Of a DNA stretch of 27,921 nucleotides, positions 21,501 to 27,921 are shown piece by piece. The stretch comes from Fonticula alba ATCC 38817 (lineage: Eukaryota; Protista; Nucleariida), in the NCBI GenBank assembly GCA_000388065.2, contig KB932219.1, one strand, 5' to 3'. The notes beneath the pieces were generated by a model. The model saw only the letters and a program-made list of their open reading frames with translations, was not told where the DNA came from and made no database searches. A program made the translations under genes and the position numbers. Numbering within the stretch: position 1 is the first letter of the stretch; each line of letters opens with the position of its first letter.

Positions 21501-23485
21501 CGTCCTCCTCGGCGATATAACCCTAACAGGGTCAGAATCACGCAGTTGGCCGCGAGCTTGGTCCGTGTAAACAGTACACAGGACAGCCCTGTGAGTGTGC
21601 GACGAGCCCCCCCCCCCCCCGGCCTGGAGCTCGGTTCCTCGCGCGCACGAGGCTGGCACCCGGATCCCTCCGTGCCGCGGCGGGGACTCGATTCAACGCG
21701 CTTCTCTTGTTCGCCCGAGTCACGCCTTTTGCTGGTCCCTTGCAGAGTGGCTGGGTCGCCCTCTGTGTTGTGCTGTGGGAGTGGTGACATCCTTGAATGG
21801 CATCCCCCGTCCGGGAACGCGGGACGGGACAACAGCCAGGCGGCTTTTGAGGCCGAGCGTCCATATGTCGCCCGGCCGAGCATGGAGATGCGCGGGTGGG
21901 CGGGCCCCGCCGCGGGGACCGCGGCTCGGCCCCCCTGACCGAGCTCGATAACGGGAAAAAAAAAAAGGGGGGTCTCCCGTCGGGAACCTCCTGAGGGTGA
22001 GGGCCTTAAGCAGCTGTGCGCCGAAGAGTGCACGAAAGGATGGCAGGATGGCGCGCGCTTGGTCTGAGGCTGCCCCTGTCGGGTGGCGCCCGAGTGGCCG
22101 GCCATTATGCCCGTCGCCAACTGACCCAAGCCCAGCCGAGGTGCTGACTGGTATGGGGACAGACGGCCGTGAACCGCCGGCGCTGGTATGCCCTCTGCCT
22201 CTCTTCCTGCCGAGAGCCTGCCGGCCGGGTGGCAGATCATACCCGGTACCCTTGGCCGAGCCCCGGTCACTTGCCTGGGGCCCGAGCCACATGAACCCTG
22301 TCACAGCGAGTGCGGGGCCCGAAGCAAGCGGCCAGCCGTGGAGGCGTGCGGCAAGAGCATGGCCTGGGGGCCTATGGGGACCCCCTCCCCCGGCAAGGAG
22401 CCGCGCGAAGTAGCCGCGATCGCGGGGCGACGCCCTAGAAGGGGGCGAAAGAGGGATGGGACGTGGGTCGCCGGGGCCGAGAGCCCCGGGGGGGGGGGAA
22501 CCGCGCGAGCCACCCGCAAGCGGAGAGGGGGAAAACCCTCCGGGGGCGGCACAAGCATGCAATGTGAGCCCAGAACCCAAGAGAGAGAGAACCCACGCGG
22601 GCTGGTCGCGGGCTGGGGGAAGTGATGCGCCCCCAAGGGGGGCAACCCTCGTCTCGAGAAAAATGAAAAAAGCGGGCGGGGCCGGAAGGAGGCGCGGGGA
22701 GCCGAGAAGGGGCGCCCGCAGAGATGCCGATGGTCCCAAGTGCCACCTCGACATTGACACGCCAGCCGAACCGGTCATGCCGAGCGTGTCCAACAGGTGC
22801 TAATGCTCCCATGCGCCACCTCAGCACGGGCATATGCTAGCCCTGGGGTGGACGCGGCAAGACCCGGCCTGCACTGGCATCGCGCCCAGCCCTCGAAGCC
22901 TGAGATACATAGGCCCCGCGGGGTCGGCCCTCGTGCCGGACCATGGCATTCCCCCTCCGGGGGGGAATATACAGGGCAAGATCGTCGGCCCGCCGGCCGA
23001 CGAGGGTGCGGGGCCAGTGGTGTGGGCCCGCGAAGGGATGCAGGGTTCTCGGGTCTTCATCGCCCGGCCCTGGTCAAGGATCCACCCCCCCCCCCGTGGG
23101 GGAGCCTCCCCTGAGAGCGAGAGGACCCCAGCAGCCTGTTTGTGTCGAACGTGTCGAGCATATTATTTCCCCCTTTGAAGCCTCGATCCAGCTGCCTGTT
23201 TTAGAACCCCCTCTCGAGCCCCCAACACGGATGGCTTTCCATCTTTGCTTGCCCCTCGGTTGAGTTAGCGTGCTCTCGGTACTGGCAGCCTCATCCCCCT
23301 TGTGGCCGGGCCGGCGGTCCCTAACCGGTGGTAACCTCCCCGGCATGGCCTCCGCCGAAGCTTCACCCGCCTGACGTGACAGTGGGCCCGTGAGAGCCCT
23401 GCTACATGATGGCTACGGACATCCAGCCGGCCTGGATCGATAGTGCGCCGCGGCGACAGACGGGTGGGGTGTCCCCCCCCCCCCC

Positions 23486-24445
23486 NNNNNNNNNNNNNNN
23501 NNNNNNNNNNNNNNNNNNNNNNNNNNNNNNNNNNNNNNNNNNNNNNNNNNNNNNNNNNNNNNNNNNNNNNNNNNNNNNNNNNNNNNNNNNNNNNNNNNNN
23601 NNNNNNNNNNNNNNNNNNNNNNNNNNNNNNNNNNNNNNNNNNNNNNNNNNNNNNNNNNNNNNNNNNNNNNNNNNNNNNNNNNNNNNNNNNNNNNNNNNNN
23701 NNNNNNNNNNNNNNNNNNNNNNNNNNNNNNNNNNNNNNNNNNNNNNNNNNNNNNNNNNNNNNNNNNNNNNNNNNNNNNNNNNNNNNNNNNNNNNNNNNNN
23801 NNNNNNNNNNNNNNNNNNNNNNNNNNNNNNNNNNNNNNNNNNNNNNNNNNNNNNNNNNNNNNNNNNNNNNNNNNNNNNNNNNNNNNNNNNNNNNNNNNNN
23901 NNNNNNNNNNNNNNNNNNNNNNNNNNNNNNNNNNNNNNNNNNNNNNNNNNNNNNNNNNNNNNNNNNNNNNNNNNNNNNNNNNNNNNNNNNNNNNNNNNNN
24001 NNNNNNNNNNNNNNNNNNNNNNNNNNNNNNNNNNNNNNNNNNNNNNNNNNNNNNNNNNNNNNNNNNNNNNNNNNNNNNNNNNNNNNNNNNNNNNNNNNNN
24101 NNNNNNNNNNNNNNNNNNNNNNNNNNNNNNNNNNNNNNNNNNNNNNNNNNNNNNNNNNNNNNNNNNNNNNNNNNNNNNNNNNNNNNNNNNNNNNNNNNNN
24201 NNNNNNNNNNNNNNNNNNNNNNNNNNNNNNNNNNNNNNNNNNNNNNNNNNNNNNNNNNNNNNNNNNNNNNNNNNNNNNNNNNNNNNNNNNNNNNNNNNNN
24301 NNNNNNNNNNNNNNNNNNNNNNNNNNNNNNNNNNNNNNNNNNNNNNNNNNNNNNNNNNNNNNNNNNNNNNNNNNNNNNNNNNNNNNNNNNNNNNNNNNNN
24401 NNNNNNNNNNNNNNNNNNNNNNNNNNNNNNNNNNNNNNNNNNNNN
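23486..24445. other. 960-N scaffold gap, probably hiding the 3' end of the sirtuin-like gene
   Basis: N run flanked by poly-C on the left and the repeat-coding exon on the right. Confidence 0.95.
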
Positions 24446-25632
24446 GCCGACCCCGGCCGGGTCCGGGATCCGGCGTGCTGATGTGGGTGGCGTTCCTCCG
24501 GGGTCGTCATCGGACGCGCATCCGAGGGCATTGGCGGCGTAGTGCCGGTGCGCGTTGTCGGGATGGGCCAGCATGCCGGCCGGCGGATCGGCCTCGGCCG
24601 GGTCCGGGGTCCGGCGTGTTGGCGCGGGTGGCGTCCCGGCGGCGGGGCGAGCTTCGGGCCCCGGGGCGGCCGACTGGCCGGCCGGCGGCTGGGCTGCCGC
24701 CATGCGCCCGGAGCAGGCCTCCCGCACGAGCCGGATCATGTGCATGGCCTCGTCGGTGTCGGTCTTGATGTGGAAATCGAAGCGCTTTATCCACTCGCCA
24801 TGGAGCTTGTTGTGGTCGATAAACACGCATAGCCGGCCGCGCTGTCGCATGGCCTTGCACAGATTCCGGACGAGGTGCCGGCTGTGGGCCTTGCGGAATA
24901 TTACCCCGCCGACGATGAGCACATCGGGGTTCCTACCGGGGGGGGGGAGGGCGATGGTCAGAGACGCGCGCGTGTGTGTGTGGGCGGGCGGCGGCGGCGC
25001 CCTCAGCCGGGGCGCCCGTCACGCACGAGGCCAGGATGGCATCCACCAGCTTGGCAACCGTGGCCGAGAGGTCCTTGCTTCGGTCGTTCAGCTGGATAGC
25101 GGGCAGCAGCCGGGATCGTCCGGCGGTGGACCTTCCAGGGGGGCGGCCGGCGGCCGGCGAAAAAAAAAAGAAGGGGGGGGGGTCAGGTCGACGGGCGGGC
25201 AAAGCGCGCGGGCGGGATATGTCCCGATGCGTACGCACTCAGCCCCGGGGTCCGAGCCGTGGGACGGGCAGGCCGGGCAGGCCGGCGCCCGGCCCACCAG
25301 CAAGTCCGCCAGGTGGTCCCGCGTGGGGAAGGCGGCGTTGCATGCCTCGCACCGGAGGGAATCCACCGTCCCATTGAAGTAGGTGATCCGGCCCGGGGGC
25401 AAGCCGACCAGGGCCTCGAGGCCGTCGATGTTCTGCGAGCACACGTGCACGAGGGCCCCCTCGTCCTGGAGGCTGGTCAGAAGGCGGTGCGTTTGGCATG
25501 GCTGGCTGTCGGCCGCGGCCGCGGCCGCGACTGTCTGGGCCAGGGCCCCGGTCAGGCGCAGCAGGTTGCCCAATCGCTGGGGGCACTGTCCGGGCCGGCG
25601 GGCCGGCGGGCCGGCGGGCCGGGGGAGGGGAA

Positions 25633-25685
<53 letters not shown>

Positions 25686-26265
25686 GCACACACACACACA
25701 CACACACACAGAGCCAGCGCAATGGTCGCGTGGTTAGTACAGCACCCCGCGAGGCGGGAAGGGGGCACGCGGCGAGAGCGAGGGCGCGGAAAGGGAGAGG
25801 GAGAAAAAAAGGGGAAAAGGTCCACGCACGCACATCCAGCGACGACACGTCTATCAGATCGTCGATCAGGCGTCCGCGAGCGGAGACGCCGTTGTTCGGC
25901 CGGCGCCCGGAGTAGACCAGCGACTCGGCGGCGCTGTGGAAGAGCCGGGCGGATGCCGGGACCCCAGGGCCGAGGACCACCACAAAGGTGTGGTCCGGGT
26001 GGCCCAGGCCCCGGAGCAGCCGCGCGCTGCCGGGCCGGGGCGCGGTCGGGCGGGTCGCGTCGTGGCCGGGCCCTAGGCCGCCGCCGTCGTCGTCGTCGTC
26101 GTCGGTGCCGCCGGGGTCGATCAGCGCCTCGAACAAATCCGGCAGGGTTATGGTGGCCAGCCTGGTGTCGGGGCCGGGCGAAGGGGAGGTGGCCGCATCG
26201 TCGGCGGAGGGAGGGGATGGCATGTCGCGGGCCGAAGCCAAGTCGGTGGGGCTGGAGGGAGGCAT
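24446..26265 (-). CDS. Sir2/sirtuin-family protein, Hst3/Hst4-like, degenerate (catalytic His to Asn), with C-terminal repeats; 3' end lies in the N-gap
   Basis: Exons: 26265 (alternative ATG 26223) to 25834; 25576 (or 25585) to 25239; 25131 to 25027; 24932 into the gap. All three introns are GTGCGT...AG with compatible phases (0, 2, 2). The spliced product has FVVVLGPGVPAS, QPCQTHRLLTSLQDEGALVHVCSQNIDGLE, YFNGT, CEAC...CPAC, RLLPAIQLND, NPDVLIVGG, CVFID and FDFHIKTDTDEA, in the order of the sirtuin core motifs. Hst3/Hst4 affinity is from recalled motif similarity and was not tested. Confidence 0.85.
24933..25026 (-). other. Sirtuin-like gene, intron 3 (94 nt)
   Basis: GTGCGT donor, phase 2, acceptor CCCCGGTAG|G. 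Splicing yields AILASNPDVLIVGG. Confidence 0.75.
25132..25238 (-). other. Sirtuin-like gene, intron 2 (107 nt)
   Basis: GTGCGT donor, phase 2, a C/T tract and acceptor GGAAG|G. Splicing restores GAESTAGRSRLLPAIQLND, matching the sirtuin LRPxIV motif. Confidence 0.7.
25577..25833 (-). other. Sirtuin-like gene, intron 1
   Basis: GTGCGT donor at 25833, phase 0. It contains a sense-strand (TG)n. Acceptor CCCCCAG|CGA, or an alternative CAG 9 nt upstream. Confidence 0.75.
25632..25710. repeat. (CA)n microsatellite, which is (TG)n on the sense strand of sirtuin intron 1
   Basis: Seen directly. Confidence 0.95.
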
Positions 26266-26787
26266 CGGGGAGCGGGGGGGAGGGGACTGCGCGGGAGCTG
26301 TTGCCGGGGCCCCCTCGGCGGGGGGGAGAGCCGCTCGGACGGGCGGCACATAGCCCTGTGCGCGGCGGCGTGGGAGATGCCAATGATCGCAACTGCCACC
26401 TCGACGTTGGCACTGGAGGGCCTTGGATCACGCGGGCAGCCCCGGGGGGGGGCCCTGCTGCAGGCGGCCGGGGGACCGCGAAGTGTCCAACTGGCCGCGG
26501 TGGGGCGGGACGTTTTCATCTAGCCAGAGCCCGAACTTTTTGTCCTGCCACCAAGCCAGAGTGCCAGGAAGTAGCCGCTTGAGGGTCCAACGTGTGTGCC
26601 ATGTCATCTTTCCCCCCGGCCAGCATGGGCCTTCCACCAGGTGCAGGGGCCGCCGCCCACATCCGGGCGCCGCATGTGGCATGGCCGGTCTGCCGGCCCA
26701 GTCCCATGAGTGGCTGTTGTGCTGACGCGCATGACTTTTCCGGGTGTGTTGTTTTAGCCAGCCCCCCTCCGCGGGGCGTCGTGTGCG

Positions 26788-26796
26788 CCTTTCCCG

Positions 26797-26829
<33 letters not shown>

Positions 26830-26887
26830 CATTGAGACTTCGCTCCCTCTTGGTTTCACCCTNNNNNNNNNNCCCCCCCCCCCCCCC
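26788..26887. repeat. Poly-C tracts on either side of a short spacer and N-gap 26863-26872
   Basis: Seen directly. Confidence 0.85.
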
Positions 26888-27275
26888 AGGCGACTTCATG
26901 GCCGCAAGGGGGACGACTCGACATCTGGCGGCGTTCTGCTCTATTCAGCACGGGCCTTCTGATCAAGCACGGGGCGGCGAGTCTCGGCGGCTCCGGGGGT
27001 TACCCTGCGTAGGTACGCCAGGGTCCAGGTTAAATCGGCCGACCCGAGCCGATTGCGCCATTATGACGGGACAGGGTGTTCGCCCTCGCCCCGCGGGGGA
27101 CCGTTACGGCCAGGGGTCTTCGCCCCCCCCCCCCCCCGCCCGGAGACCGGCCATGACTGGGGGGGGGGAATTCTCGACATCCGATAAGACCCACATACTG
27201 GGGGATGCGCGAAGCATGCATGAGAAGGGGTTTTTTTTTTTGGTCTCGGGCGACACTATGTCATGCACGCTCTCG

Positions 27276-27921
27276 CTACATGAGCGGGCCCTTTTTCGTG
27301 TAGGACGCCGCCGCATGGCGCCATGTCTCTCCGACGCGGCGCTGGCGGCCCTCCCGGCGCGGGGGCGGGGGCGGGGGTGCCACCCTGAAGTTCTGGCCAA
27401 TGGGCTGGGGCCCGGTGCGCCGGGGGGCTGCGTGGCCCGCGCGGGCTGGTCGCGGCTGGGGGCCCGGCACGACGCCTGGCCGGTGATCGGGCCCGTCCTC
27501 GGCATGGGCCGCGTCATGGGCATCCTCCCGGTCGGCGAGTGCCCTGAGGTAGACGCGGTGTGCTTTGGCAAAGCGAATCAGCATGTCAAAGTACGGGTCC
27601 GGCCCGGAGAGGTAGTGCTCCTCGGGGCCGGGCGAGAGGCTCGGCGGCTCCGGCGTCATGGGGCGGGGACTATTGTGCCGGGAGTGGGCCGGGCCGGGGT
27701 CGGGGCCCACCTGGCCGGGGTCGTCATCGGACGTGTATCCGAGGGCATTGAGGTAGTGGAGGTACGCGGCATCCAGACGGGCCATCATGTCGGTCGAGGG
27801 GTCGGCCCCGGCCGGGTCCGGGGTCTGGCGTGCTGATGTGGGTGGCGTTCCTCCGGGGTCGTCATCGGACGCGCATCCGAGGGCATTGGCGGCGTGATGG
27901 CGGTGCGCATCGTCAGGATGG
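27276..27921 (-). CDS. C-terminal portion of a second sirtuin-like gene copy (repeat region and tail); open at the window edge
   Basis: The frame is open from 27920 to TAG at 27276-27278 and reads HPDDAHRHHAANALGCASDDDPGGTPPTSARQTPDPAGADPSTDMM.... Bases 27806-27921 match 24451-24566 at 108 of 116 positions. Confidence 0.7.
   Translation of the reverse strand, partial: HPDDAHRHHAANALGCASDDDPGGTPPTSARQTPDPAGADPSTDMMARLDAAYLHYLNALGYTSDDDPGQVGPDPGPAHSRHNSPRPMTPEPPSLSPGPEEHYLSGPDPYFDMLIRFAKAHRVYLRALADREDAHDAAHAEDGPDHRPGVVPGPQPRPARAGHAAPRRTGPQPIGQNFRVAPPPPPPRREGRQRRVGETWRHAAASYTKKGPLM

Noticed and set aside
21520-21527. AACCCTAA telomere-like or telo-box word
   Set aside because: Single copy, not an array.
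21328-22574. Short exact matches AATGTGAGCCCAGA (21328/22561) and GAAGTAGCCGC (22407/26568)
   Set aside because: Too short, with no extension; the second match is not collinear with the 40-bp repeat.
22540-22600. Minus-strand VLSLLGSGL resembling the sirtuin GxGxS loop of a possible third copy
   Set aside because: Only LGxG is shared, and no QNID, CxxC or other downstream motif was found.
23402-23485. ORF-track end of the sirtuin gene (…WMSVAIM*), and GCTACATGA shared with the stop region near 27275
   Set aside because: The frame cannot be tracked through 960 Ns. By homology with the right-hand copy the true stop should fall inside the gap, near 23921, and a 9-nt match is chance-level.
1-27921. 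CRISPR arrays, rRNA, snRNA, or transposase/reverse-transcriptase genes
   Set aside because: No spacer-separated repeats and no recognisable rRNA, snRNA or mobile-element motifs in any frame. Short or diverged ncRNAs cannot be excluded without Infernal.

Overview
A very GC-rich (about 70-75% by eye), intron-containing eukaryotic scaffold. It has long G/C homopolymers, (TG)n and (CT)n microsatellites and four N-gaps. Composition and gene content suggest a protist such as Fonticula alba, but that is inference only. Most ORFs in the supplied track are GC-driven shadow ORFs. Supported content: (1) A + strand gene of about 990 aa at 5613-9222, with a signal peptide and furin-like Cys-rich repeats. 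Its apparent frameshift is an assembly artefact: an Illumina adapter remnant between two copies of a 119-bp duplication. It also has a probable intron with a non-canonical or mutated acceptor. (2) A tandem pair of minus-strand tRNA genes, Gln-CTG and Glu-CTC. (3) A four-exon minus-strand Sir2-family gene, most like fungal Hst3/Hst4, with the catalytic His replaced by Asn and degenerate NAD-binding loops. It carries a 46-47-aa C-terminal repeat. (4) A second, diverged copy of that C-terminal region at the right edge, which is either a tandem paralog or a mis-scaffolded contig. The best candidate for new biology is the possibly tandem-duplicated, probably catalytically dead sirtuin. No CRISPR array, rRNA or identifiable transposon was found.
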